Assembly (NCBI GenBank): GCA_964187785.1
Contig: OZ076410.1
Span: forward strand, 31,992,001-32,056,000
DNA: 64,000 nucleotides
Source of the DNA: Amphiscolops sp. MND2022
Taxonomy: Eukaryota
Direction of reading: 5' to 3'
The translations under genes were made by a program, and so were the position numbers. This document shows positions 35,451-48,795 of this stretch, in pieces. Under the pieces are notes generated by a model that worked only from the letters and a program-made list of their open reading frames with translations, did not search any database and was not told the DNA's origin. Position 1 is the stretch's first letter. Every line of letters starts with the position of its first letter.

Positions 35451-35875
35451 GAAGCCTAAAAAGTCAAGAAATTTCTGAAACCACATGCGCTCACATTGAG
35501 AATGTTGTAGAAACATTTAGTTTTGATTTCAACTAGCCCCAATTCGTTGTTCTCATTCGCTAGTATTACCAATCCTTGTTGTTGAATTTATTTAAAATAT
35601 TTTTCATAAAGCAAAAAGATGTTTCAGTTTCAATCTCAAACATTTGAATAACCTGAATTTTTGCAAAAGAAACAGTCGTCTCAAAAATTTCTGTTTTGCC
35701 AAAATGCTAAAATGTTAATAAGATTCACATGAATATGGCCCGTCAAAGATTTTGAGCTGAGCAAGAAGTGAAGAAAAATTGAATTGCAAAAACTCGTTGC
35801 AAAAACGTTACTAGCAATTATGCACATTGATTTCTCAAAAAAGACAGAATGAATGAACGAAAACTGATATAGCAT

Positions 35876-37870
35876 TGTAGTATGATATACCGATGTAGAG
35901 GATTAAAAATGTATTATACAGTATGATGAATTGAAGTGTTTTTCAGAACGTGTATCTTTTCTCAAGGCTCTGTGGCAACTGGCGGTAGCATAATAACCTT
36001 AAGCTAGATTTTTGACAGGTAGTGTTGATACATATTTACAACTGACAACTTTAACACTTTCATGACTTCAATAACATCTACCACATTCCCCGTTTTGGGA
36101 GAATTTGGACATCAATTAATCCTAACTTTATACAACAGGTACTTCACTAATAAAATTAACAAACAGAGTTAATACTGGTAATACAGGTAAACGGAAATGG
36201 TAAGGGTTTAATGTTTCAGTGTAATGTTTTAATTGCTTAATGTTTCAGTCTAATTTTCTGACTCCGTGTCCAGTTGAATCAGATCAATCCAATATCGTTT
36301 TGTGGGCATTTGGACTCTCTCTGATGTTCTCTTGATGGGTTTTTTCAGATTTTCATCTATTTTCCATTTCCTTGTAGCCTTTATGGAGCAAGTCGCTTTC
36401 TCGGGGTTCTGCGCATTCCCCGTCTGTTTGTCAGGGGCACCTCTCTGCTCCTCCCCCTTCTTTCCGCTGATTTCCTCTTCTGTGTTGCTTGCTGTTATGT
36501 ATACTACGGGGGGACGCGCCTCTTCCTCGCTGTTCATCTCGAATGCTACTGTCGCAAACTGCAGGGCAGTTTTCTTGTGGCTCGTTCTACGCTCTTTCTT
36601 GCACCCAGTGCTGTCCGAATCTGATGTGGTCTCGATTTTGCTCTTTTTTTCTTTTTGCTTGGCTCGGTACTGATGTTGTAGAAACTTTGCTTTTGCGCTT
36701 TTGTTGCGATGGCCACATATCGCTTCGCATACAGTTTCAGTTTGCTGGATCCCTCAGGCAGCATGGTGATTGTGTGTGCTGATTCTTTAATTTTTCTTTC
36801 GGCCTTTTTGTGAAAGGCTCCTCGCAGTTTTGTTCCTCTAGCCCTTTCTCTGACCAGGACTGTGGAATCTAACTCGTCTTGGAAGTCCGAATTGTCATAT
36901 TGAAGGTCCGCGTCCTTTTCTGAAATATCCAGCAGTTCTGAGACTAAGTTGGTTTTCACCGTGTAAGGTTCCCTTCCTCATTGCTTTTTCAAAGGGCGAA
37001 CTACCGTCGTTCTTTTTGCTTATGCGTAGGGCATTCAAAGTTTCCGACAGTCCTGATTGGTCCTTTGTTACTATTATTCGTTTATTCGTTCGCAAGCGTT
37101 CCTTGATCGTTCTTGAGAGTCGTTCGATTTTGCCATTTCCCTCATGATTGGTCCTGATTGGTCCTTTGTTACTATTATTCGTTTATTCGTTCGCAAGCGT
37201 TCCTTGATCGTTCTTGAGAGTCGTTCGATTTTGCCATTTCCCTCATGATTGGTCCTGATTGGTCCTTTGTTACTATTATTCGTTTATTCGTTCGCAAGCG
37301 TTCCTTGATCGTTCTTATGTGTCGTTCGATGTTGCCATTTCCCTCATTTCCATCACCGGGCAAGTTTTATGTTCTTTTCTAAATTGTCTACAAAACCGGG
37401 CGACTTATTCACTTACAAACACTGTGCCGGGGTCTGTTCTTTTTTTTGGGACTCCAAATTGACCAATGTATTGTTTCAAAACTTCAATTACTTTTTTCGT
37501 AGTCGGGCAACGTAAGAATTTTGCGTGCGGCCATCCCGAAAAATGATCGATTGATACTAGTAAGTATTTATTTCCTTCCTTCGCCTTTTGAAAGGGGTCG
37601 GCAAAATCTAATGCTATTTCCTCATTTTGCTCTTTTGTTTTAGAGATGTTTCCCGTTTCTTTTTGGCTTGGGATACATTTTAATTTCTCACTTGATTGTA
37701 AGCATTTCTCACAAAGGCGCGCTTGATCGATCACCTCTCGGTGAATTCGGGGCCACCAAATGTCACTCACTATCGATATCATCACATCGCGACCGTTTTA
37801 TTGTAATTTTTTACATTTGCGATAACACGTTGTATCGTTTTGTCGGAGAAGTAGTTTGCCGGTAACAATC
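35876..37870 (-). mobile_element. 5'-truncated Gypsy element: integrase remnant, PPT and 3' LTR (35876-36085)
   Basis: IWWPRIHREV...CEKC, IALDFADPF...YLLVSIDHFSGWP, TDPGTVF, GNG.IER. On the minus strand PPT AAAACGGGGAA precedes TGTGGTA...TACTACA (210 bp). Confidence 0.8.
37051..37346. repeat. 101-bp tandem triplication inside the integrase remnant
   Basis: TCCTGATTGG starts at 37051, 37152 and 37253. Confidence 0.95.
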
Positions 37871-39855
37871 TCTCATTGAGCAGTTGAATCGCGGAATTTT
37901 AACTCATGCTTGTTTTGTTTAAATTAGTGGCACAATGAATCTTACTTGACTCCCGCGAATTGCGTTCGTCCCGCTCTCTGATTTTTTGAACCAACAGCAA
38001 ATTTTCCACTGCGCGTCTTGTCATCGATCTAACTAAAACATAAACAAGAGGAACAGCCCCAATGGGGTCCAATGTTTGCAATGTTCCAATTTTTGCCATT
38101 TATGGCCAGCTTCTTAATTTAGAGATTACACTTAGTCCTCAGAAATTACGTACCTCAAACTAGCGTTTCGTAGCATCGATAGGGGAAGTTATAAAAATCA
38201 AATGCTGCTGCAAAAGTTTGCGCGCTTAATCACAAAGTTGTCAAATTTTCAAAGGGGGGAGAATATTCCAGTGTTTGATGACTTTGTTGTGTTTCAACAA
38301 ACGTAACGAGGATTTTAAGCAGGAGGAATTTGAAATTCAAAAGATGGTTAATCAAAAGCACTGTTTACTTCGCGCATAATTCAGTGAAGAAAAAAGCATT
38401 CTTAAAAAACAGGAAACATAAATCGAAAAATGTTCTGTGCAATCATTCAGCTAGTTTCTCCAGAGATCAAAGCAGATATGCATTAACTTCTGTGGCGAAT
38501 AAAATCCTCCTGCTTTTTCTCCATAATTGATGTTATGCAAATATCGAGTCTTTTTACCAAATTTGCAATGTTTAAAAAACAGATTTGTAATCATTCTATC
38601 AGCGATTTTTCAAGATCTTCCAGTCATCAAAACTTCGCTAAAAGACGGAGTGATTTCGCTATAAAGAGGTTCTTCTAAAGTTTTTCAAAAATCATCAAAA
38701 AATTTATATAATTGCTTGAATTTAGAGACACAATACTGTTCCAGAAGCTATCATACTTGAATTCTGTTTTTAAAGTTACAATTGCAATTTTCTTGGAAAA
38801 GGCAAAAGCACATATAGATGCATAGCAAGCCGATAACTTCAAAAAAAGCAAGATACATAGCAAAGATATTAAGATCACAAGTGTATTATACATGTACATA
38901 TGGTACAATTCAACAAGTGAACATGTAGAACCTCGGGTATTAGTGTTTTGTTGAGACTCGAAGCAGATTGAAGAAAAACTATTTTAGGAAAAAAGCAAAA
39001 CTCAAGTTACTACGTTAGAAACTACTCAATCTTCTTTAGAAAGAGAAAGTAGGCTCCTCATTGAGAAAGTTAGATATTTGACCGCTCGTTAGTTAGTTGA
39101 ACCAATCGTGACCATTCAAAAATTGACATTTCCGGCTACAACGAACTCATCAATCTCATTCGCAAATAAATAAAAACTTAGCACTTCATATGAAATCTCT
39201 ACCACACACAAAAAAACAAAAAAACTAATGTTTTGTTTCATTAAGAAGGATCCCTCCCTCTTGAAAAACCAAGTGCTTTTAGGGATCCTTTTAATAATTT
39301 AAAATATTGTTGGTAATTTATGCCCTCTGATAAATTGAATTATTATTATTATTCTGTGACAAGGAAACATTTTCTGGACCTGTTGCAACGTGATTATTGA
39401 TGTTACTGCTTTCCACGCAACGAATCATGCATGTTAAGAATAAATAGTAATCAAAAGTATTAAACACTGTCTAGAGCTCAGGTTGAATTAAACGGTAACA
39501 ATGATAGCTCAGCCGCATCTTTAAATGCAAAAATTGTGTTATCGGTGGTCTCTATGGTTATAATGGAGACAAAGAAACCCCTTGGGGTCATGCTGAAATG
39601 GAAACCTGTATCATGTTCAGGCATATTGCTAAAATGTCTGGGTAGTTATGAATTTCATCTGAATCTAATCATTTCGTAAATTAAATTAACTCAATCGATA
39701 ATTCCGATGATGCCTTCTAGTTTTTCCACGGACCAGAAGATTCTTTCATGGAGCACAAATGTTGATTGAAGTACTAGAAAGTTTCGTTATTCACGGTTGC
39801 ATATTAAAATCCCCTCGATTGAAAGAATCAAAACACGGTTTGTATGACTCGGAGT

Positions 39856-40375
39856 CCCGGGTTGAAACTGCTTGCACTTTTTACAAGTTTTGTAGGTTAC
39901 CTATCTAAATTTCAATGATTTTATAAAATTCTCACAGAAACCTCCATGCATTAAAACTTCACTGATTCCATTTAATTTTATCAAGCTGCCTATAAGATGC
40001 ATCCTAAATTTGGCGGCAATTCTGCGCCGCAAAGTTTTGCAAGTTTCATTAAAACGCTGTTCTAATTTTGAAAGCAGCTCAGACCTTCGATTTTAATGCA
40101 AATAAACTTCAGTCACATTATAGGTTTCAAAATAGCGTCATATTCAGCGTGCTGTTTGACTAACGGTGATTACATGAGGTACTTACTTGAGAAATTTACG
40201 CATGAAAACTAAGTGATCCGCGGCGGCTAAGAAGTGGAAATATTATCAGTTTCAATTCAAATAGTGCAATGTAACCTTACAAATTGTTTCCAAGCAGGCT
40301 CCCGGAATTTTCCATGTTTTGTAAAACATTAGCCTGCATGTTTTCATGTAGCATATAAAAAGTTCAAGCAGTCTG
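39856..40375 (-). mobile_element. CCCTNGTTGA MITE-like family, older copy 4
   Basis: CCCGGGTTGAAACTGC start and internal similarity to 26186-26735. The far end is degraded. Confidence 0.6.
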
Positions 40376-41986
40376 AAGTTTCAGCGAAAAAGAAGGTGGA
40401 AATCGGAAGGGATCTTTATTGATTATAATTCTAGAAACTTATATCATGCAAGATAGTGTGACGGGCAGGTTTGATGTTTCGATGCTAAGTAACGTTTGAG
40501 TCCTGAATTGCAACTACGCTCTCTTTGCGTCCTCATTGGGTGTGTGATAGTTGTTTTCTGAAAAATTTATCTATTGATACCCAATGGGATTAACTTTTAT
40601 CTATCATCATTTAACCTTTTTCTAAACAAAAACTTAATGGTTTTCTAAAAATCTCTGGATAAAACTCCGGGTGAGGTGCACAATATGAGAATCAAGGGCA
40701 AGTTGAAAAAGATTACAAAGTGCACTCGAAAAAGTGTTGGAATATGCAACCTTTTGGCCAGCGTTTCAACCAACGGCATCACTGCAAAAAATCCTCAGCT
40801 GATCTCAAACGGGTTGTTGATTTTCAGACAGTTTGATAAACTTCGACACATCTACGGAAATCTCAAGCACAGAAAACATAAAATTTCCTGAAAATCATAC
40901 TGAAGCGTTTCCCGGATTCAATGCAGCAAGCGATTTCTTGAAATTCCATGCAAAAACAATATGATTGTATACGATAGTTTCATGGCGTTTCCGCTATTGC
41001 ATCCAACCACGATGAAAGACATACAATGTCTCTTTTGGTATAACTGCATTAAACCTGACAATTTATTTCGTCGGTCACAAAAACGCAATGAATTGAGTTC
41101 GACAAAGCTTCGAAATTCATATGAATTGAACTTTGATTATATAAACTCTGTTTAATTAATGGGAAGATACCGTGCGGTGTGAAACATGCGCAATAAGCCG
41201 ACAACCCTTCAATTAACAATCAACTACACGGAGTCAAAAACGATAGTCGAATTGCCTGATTGCTCATTTGGAGCCACTTGTTTCAATACTGAAAAGCAGC
41301 AAATCAAAATACCTTTTTTGTCGGCCTAATGGGCTGGTGTTTCAATTGCCATTCGGCGTAACGCAAAACCTCCACAAGGTAAAGACCTTGTTACAGCCTT
41401 TTCAATTTCGTCAATTTAATGTTAATTTAATGGGCGAAGAATAGATAATACACCTCTAGAAAAATGATTTAAGCAAAACGGCCTGAAAGCCTATTCGTTA
41501 CTTAAGTGAAGGGACATTTGAAATACAGCACCAAAGTTTTGGCAACGCAGTCATTTTATGTACTTGATGGAGGGTCTAAGAGTTTGAATTTGAGTCGTAT
41601 AACTTCAAACAACTAAAATTCAAACTGTTAGAAACTCCATCAAGTACATAAAATGACTGGGTTGCCAAAAAGTTGGTTCTGTATTTTAAATATCCCTTCA
41701 CTTAAGTAAAGAACAGGCCCAAATAGGTTAACCCAAATTGAACTTATGCTCTGGAAAATAGAAACAAACAATCGTCCTTTTTGACAATTGGTGTAGCTTT
41801 TGACTACGTTATCATAACTTTTGTATTTAAAGATTACATCAGGTTGGCTTGATTCCATCCGAAACACCATGTTTTTACATGCTTGGAATCGCATGGAAGA
41901 TATGGGTGTCCTGATTTTATGTGTGGAATCATCTAAGTTCATCATCGGTGTGCTAAACAATGTATTTATCACCTGGTTCTATTTTT

Positions 41987-42400
41987 AGTCGGCGCTTCAT
42001 GATGTGAAACGCCACTATAATATTGACTCCCTTTAAAATTTATTTAAACTTTTTTCTCAATCCACACGAACTGACCAAAATAGTTCTGCCAAAAGTTATA
42101 CGAAATTTCAAGGCATCAAATTGTACTATTTGGCCAAGGGAGCTGAACTATGAGGATTGTTCTTTTTTTAGCATAACGTACAAAACGGACGAGACTAAAC
42201 GTCCCCCTTTGATTTTTTTGGCACTGTGAAATGTTGTTTTCTCGAAACTTTTTTGAAGTCACCAAAAGGTCTCCCCTTTAATTTTTTTTGATATTTTGCA
42301 ACAGAATGGTTGTTAAAAACCCCAAAGGGTCCCTTTAGGTTTTTAGTGAAATCCTTTTGCTGTTTTTGAACCTTGACCGGGGCGCCGACTTGTGCTTGTT
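41987..42400 (+). mobile_element. Helentron/HINE-like non-autonomous repeat, short copy
   Basis: TTTT-AGTCGGCGC (41987) and GCGCCGACT-TGTGCTTGTT (42382-42400). Confidence 0.55.
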
Positions 42401-43254
42401 GAATTTACATGGAATACTTATGAGTTTGGATCTGGATTAGCATTGTGGAATTTTTTTTAGATTTGCTGACTTATTCAGTTACGCCAAACAAAACCAGGTC
42501 ATAAAACGTCAGAATTATCAGACTTTTTTCTGATCAATTGATATTTTGTTCTTTGAACGATAGTTCGGCAGCTCCGCAATTTTCTGTGTTAATGGGTGGT
42601 ATCTATGTTCATAGTCTTATTTCGTTCGAAAACGTCTGATTAAAAATGCATTTACGTATCCATTATGTGTTCACTTGCCTTTTGCCTTTAAGACACTTTT
42701 ATTTTTTCCCTCATTCAATTCTAATAAATGGGATGACGGGAAACTAATCAGTCGTCGATGCATTTCTTTAAAAAGTGCTCACAATACGATACTTTGAATA
42801 CTCAATTCAACGACGAAAAGAACAGCTTCATAACATATATTTTCCTAGAAAATCTGAAACTCTATCAAAAATGCCGAAAATGAAAAAAAAAACAGTTTGT
42901 TGGACTGTATAAACCACAATTTTTGAGATTTTTGCGCAAAATTTGAACATTTCTAAATGTTTATTGTGAAAATGCTCAGAGCCGCAAATATCTTATTGCT
43001 TAGTAGGCATATTATTTTTGACGGGGAATTTTTCCGTAACAAAAATGATCATTTAAACAAATTCTTCATTTTTGCATAAAAATGCCACACTTAAAGGGAC
43101 TGTTTTCACACCAAAAGGGAATGGTTATATTACTATAAGTCACACCAAATCTTCGAAGTCTGTTTCTTGGACAAACATCTGAGGATTTTTCAACAGATAT
43201 CAGATTTTGAAAAGTTATGAAAAGAGTCATTATAAATTTTCGGCGAGTCAATCA

Positions 43255-43690
43255 AATGCAAGTGCAGGCTCTTTTCTGTTTTCCCCCCACCACCAAAATT
43301 TTTGAGAATAACTTTCCTTAAAAACTTTAGACTAGCCTAATTAAAAGTAAAACCTTTTTTCATAACAGGACGTTAAAATCTATTAGAGTAGTTTTCCGCT
43401 TGAACAAAACATTGTTCACACATTTTGACTATAATTATGCTCGTATTAAGTGTTTATTAATGACTCAAAACAGGAAGCTGTTGATTTCTTCATCAAAAAT
43501 GCGTCCCTACATAGGGAAAAAGTGTGAACAAAGTTTGTATCTGAGTCCTAAACTGAGAATCACCCTGAGAATAAATTTAAAACTGAAGCTTTTTGGTTTG
43601 TATTCAAGTCCATTTGTTATGAGATTTTCACTAATTTTCCAAAAAATTTTGGTAGTGGGGGGAACAGAAAAAAGCCCAAATGCAATCCGA
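43255..43690. repeat. Imperfect inverted repeat of about 45 bp, possible old MITE
   Basis: TTTTCTGTTTTCCCCCCACCACCAAAATTTTT near 43270 versus AAAATTTTGGTAGTGGGGGGAACAGAAAA near 43650. Confidence 0.45.
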
Positions 43691-46600
43691 GAAATGAATC
43701 ATCAGTTCGCTTGTGCAGGACTTGGATGATTGTGACAACATAAGCGTTTGTTCAATTATTGCGAGAGTGCGAAAATCATTGAGGTGTAAGAATCGGCGAC
43801 CTTTTCCTTCCTCTTCCCACACCGAATCTCGATTTCGGCCTTTAAAGTGATTAAAAAGTGTCTTATTCAATATTAAACCAAGAATAGCTAGATTTTAGTA
43901 AACAAATTGTTATGAGGGACAAACTTTTGATTGACATTTCCTGTGACGTTGCAAATTTAGTGGTGAAATTGGTGTCAATACCACCACTGCTAAAAATCAC
44001 CTTTTGACTTTTTAAGACCGAGGCTGTTGAACGGACATTCCAATTTGATGATATGAATTTTCGATCCAATATTTCTCTCACCGTTTGTGTTTTATTGAGT
44101 AACTTTTGATGCGCATCGAAATGAAATGGATCTACGTCAGCTCTCCGTTATCATTACACTCTCAATGTCGCTGGAAAACTCACCACACGCAATAAAAAGC
44201 TCCCTAAATGGCGCATATACTCGTTGATGTGGAATTGAAAGTTTGAACGTTTAATTTTATTGGATATTGAAAGTAAGGCATTTCAAGAAATGAAATACTT
44301 TATGCACAAAGTAACCAATAAGAATTACATTGCTTTCGAAAACGTTTCTCAAAAATTTTTGCTGCAAAGGATGTTTTTTGTTTCGACGCTTTTCAAATCG
44401 ACGCTTTCTCTGATAAAAAATCTATATCAGTAGCTTTATGTTTCAAAATTTAGAAAATTTCGAGAGACTCATAAATGGATTGAACTAATGGATGATTGAA
44501 ACTAGTGCAAAATCTTTAGGATTAACCTTCTCGGAGCAACTGGCAACAAATCTATAGTTTACAAAGATACCACGATCCACATAATAAAGGTGTGATTCAT
44601 TTTTATATAGCTGGGATTGCAAGTTGTGTTATGTTACCAAAAACATCCAAAACTTTCTCCACACATGCAAGATCTATAAACATTTTTCTAGACATAGAAT
44701 ATTGCGTCTTTTATGTACAATGAATTAACTGTTCGACTATCCATTTCAAAAACATTTACTACTCGAGCTTTTTCTCGGTTTATTTAAAAAATGTTTCATA
44801 TTGTGTCGCTAAATTCATGACTTCACTTGTTTTTTTTTTTAAAAAAACTTGAATTAATAATTTATCTTAGCGTTCAGAAAACCTTGTAAGGTCTCCAGAA
44901 GATAACGACTTTTCTTTTATGTAACAAATATCAATTGTCGTGGTAAATTTTTTGGACAAGAACCTGCGGTTATAAACTTAAAAGCCATTAATTTGATTAC
45001 CACGTTTTTCATGTTCGCCACTTAACTTCTTTTTTGATTGCCTGGCGAACGAACACAGGTGTTTCGCAAAGTTTGCAATCAGTTAACACACGATGAATTT
45101 CCAGTCAGAAGATGACGCAGGGATCTAATGAACCATGTGAATTTTTTTTCGAATCTCCAGATCAAAAAACAATATGTAACGTCCACCAGCCTGGTGACCA
45201 AAGATTCGTTCAAAAGAACGCACAAAAAATGGTGCGACCTTGCAGATCGGCAGGTACCCAAAATCACTACAGAAGACAAAAAACTGTGAATGCACCCCAT
45301 CCCCCGACTATCCCACATACCCACATCAACGTGTCCAGCCCTGCATTTCTCAGAATGGCATGAATAAGCGCTGCAATTGGTTGGAAACAAACGACTTGAC
45401 CCCCCCCCCCCAGCTCGCATCATTTTCCAAGCAAGAGTCCTTTCCTGAAAAATTAAGTTCTTTATACATTGTGGTCAATAAAGGCCTTTTTGAAGTATTT
45501 GGCGATATGACCAACTATCAATGACAATGATCTACGTGAAAATGGAATCTGACAAAAGTCGAAATCAAAAACAATTGTACCAATGAACATACCAGACACA
45601 TACGACAAACTCACCGAAAATCTACGATGCTAGCATTTTGATATTTTTGCAACAACGACCAAGCTTTTTGATATTTTTGTCGAACATCGACAAAAGGGCG
45701 GTCGAAAATTTCGAAAGCACCAATTCATCGGAGAACAGAGCAAATGATTACAAGTCCGACACATATTAGAACTCAACCGAACTACATTAGACGAACACGA
45801 CAAATCACGAAATGATAAACAAAAAATAAGCGCTACTTTTAACACGAATAACTGTTATGAAACAACTACTTGGCGTATACTGGTCAGGCGAATTACCAAT
45901 CACTCAAAATCTAATTAGAAGAAAAAGTTTCACAAAAATACAAAACAACACCAAGCTATTTCAAACGCAGAAGTGTAAATCCTGCTTAAACCTGAATACT
46001 AACCGCTGAAGAAAACAATGGTTCGTGTCAAAATTTAAAGAAACGGTGGGAAAAGGCGGAATATTGGAAATCGCTCTAACTCCAAACGTATCTTCAGAAA
46101 ACAATCAGAATCGTTTTCTGAAGCATCGTTCGGAGTTAGAGCACATGCCAAACACGTGAAAAAAACTAGACCGATAAAAAACAGAAAAGCATAAAACCGA
46201 CAGTGAATCACTCGAGCGATCAGAGGAAAGATCTTAAAGTATGCATAGCGTCAATTAACCAAAGTTCGAGAAAGAAAAAACCTATTATAAAAGAATCCAA
46301 TGTGAAGAAAACAAATGATCCGCATAAATGTGGCAAAGACTAAGCCCCAAAACGAACCTATCAACCGCTCTACACTGAACCTACTGAATGGAGGAGCACA
46401 TATCACTGTCAATTATATGAAGCTGTTTTCAACAAACTCTAACCATATCCGTTGTCTAAAAACATCAATGTTGTGTTTAAGTTACTTCAGAATAGATTCT
46501 TCATTGCACTACCTGCTTTTATGTAAAAACATGTCGCAGGCTGCCGCCTGCGACGGCAGTCGATACCAAGTAGCCCCTAATGACAATAATCTGCCTTTCA

Positions 46601-46797
46601 TACTCGGAGTACTACCACTGTAATTACGGGACCGTAGGTCCATTTGCCTATGAACTTTTTAGACTTGAATTTGTACGTTTCACATTTAAAATATTATATA
46701 TTACTGTTTTTGACTATGTAAAATACACTAATACTAAAAAGAAATGGATTGGTGATGCTTTTTAGAATATTAATCGAAACAAGTACTGTAAAATAAC

Positions 46798-48063
46798 TGT
46801 ATGCAATACAGGAAACGAGTTTGAAGTGAATTTCACTCTAGTCAGTTCGACGCGCAGTCCCTGATGGTTATTGACCACCGTACGGACCACCAGTCCACTA
46901 TGCTGTTGTCTGCTAATAATATCTAGTCAAGTGGACTACCAGTCAGGCCATGCTGTATTTCTCTCATACAGAATATTAATTGAACAAGTGCTTGTCTTTT
47001 AAACCATTTGCCATATAACTTAAAAGGCAGACCGCCTTCCAGCCCCCATTCTGTTTCTAGATTCCAAGCCAAATCGGTGCTATTTTTAGACATGACCTTA
47101 GTTTTTATTTTTAGGAACAGGTTCATCACAATTTTGCTAGTCATGCACTATTTACTATCAATAGCTGATCCCCGTAGTCCAAAGGACACAACTTTGAATA
47201 CGACGCTACAAATCAGTGAACACAATCTGTTGCTCATTAGCGAATGTTCACCATATTCTAATTCTACTTTACGTTCTCTCAGTTCGAATTTAGTTGACAA
47301 ACAAGAACTCAGATTTAATCATTCTCGAGTATTGAAGTTTTCAAATGCCCTCAATAAGGAAACAGAAGGCCAAGGAGAAAATGTCTAAACAATCGCACGT
47401 AATGGTTGACTTAGAAAATATGGATATAATGTTAGAAAAATACTCTAGAAATTACCTAGACTGTCAGTCAGGTGAGAAAGAAACTGAACAAGGGATTGCA
47501 AGCAGGTAATCCTATTCAGCGAGATCGTCAGATATTTGATTAATGCTGATTGTCGGGAGAACAGCGAAGTTACCATAGAGACCGCAAGGAGGATTAACAA
47601 TGAAATCACCAATCAGGTTACTAGGAAACTAAATGAAATTAGAGAAGATCTAAGTAATCAGATTTTGTATGTTATCAACTCAGCAATCGCTGAAAAGATG
47701 CTTCCGAGCATTCAGAATGTACTAAGAGTTCAAAAGTTAGGATCAAACTCCATGAGGGACCACAGGTCCGGAAGGCTAAAGAGGAGCCCCGAAGACACTT
47801 TTAGTAACGTGGACCACAGGTCCGACAGACTGTACAACATCCCTAATGGCCGCCCTGGTCATATAGACCACTAGTCCGAGAGACAAGACATAGGCCCAGA
47901 AGGCCATTTTAGTCAAATAGACCACCGGTCCAGGAGACAAGACAAAAGCCCACAGTGTTGGACCAGCTGGACAACTGCAAACTCAATTCAATATTTAGCA
48001 GTCACGGAGGCTTAAACAGGGAGATCTCAGAAGACTCTCAGGCCAGTGAACAAGATTGCGACA
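46798..48063 (+). repeat. Long solo LTR (1266 bp) with 4-bp TSD TAAC and a gag-like reading frame in its 3' half
   Basis: TGT...ACA termini, TAAC at 46794-46797 and 48064-48067, ORF 47536-47874, 54-bp internal repeats. Confidence 0.65.
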
Positions 48064-48189
48064 TAACAGTTTACAGTGCAGCATATACTAGAAGGAGCAT
48101 TTCGTGTTAACTATTGCGAATTTCAGGAAATAATGAAATCATTTCACAATTTTAGCAATTGGAACTTTTTGGCAATTAGTGGAATTTTT

Positions 48190-48795
48190 TGAGGCGACAA
48201 TTCGACCCAATTAATAAGAGCTGCAATTTGTCCCCAAGTTCATTGCCAATAAAGACCTTCGTCATAATGAATCCGGAAAAATTACAATTAGAGGGAGGTA
48301 CCAACGGTAATTTTATCCTTCTACGACTAGTACGATAAAATGCAATATTTTCTATTTTTTGCCATGTGCGTAAATGAATTCATTTCTAGTTGATTTGATC
48401 ATTTCTTTCATTTCAACCTTCAAAAGTTTGGTAATTAGCAGATCAATTAAACAATTTGGGACGAATACTTGCTTTTTACAAATGAAACGAATTGTCGCCT
48501 TTTTAAAATGGGACGAATTGACGCTTGTGACGAATTGTCGCTTTTTGGAATTTGGGACGAATGGTCGCTTAGGACGAATTGTTGCTTGGGACGAATTGTC
48601 GCTTGGGACGAATTGTCACTGGGGACGAATTGTCGCTTGGAACGAATTGTCGCTTGGGACGAATTGTCGCTTGGGTCGAATTGTCGTTTGGGACGAATTG
48701 TCGTTTGGGACGAATTGTCCCTTCGGACGAATTGTCGCTTGGGACGAATTGTCGCTTGGGACGAATTGTCGCTTAGGACGAATTGTCTCGCAACC
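48190..48795. repeat. Foldback-type element dominated by a 17-bp tandem array (TGGGACGAATTGTCGCT)
   Basis: Array at 48457-48790 and an inverted unit GCGACAATTCGACCCA near 48195. Confidence 0.8.

Noticed and set aside
40670-41975. Short ORFs (40676, 40961, 41640) as a host gene or transposase
   Set aside because: No recognisable motifs or consistent splice signals.
45079-45850. GC-richer patch with overlapping ORFs, possibly a LINE relic
   Set aside because: No diagnostic EN or RT motif could be read in any frame.
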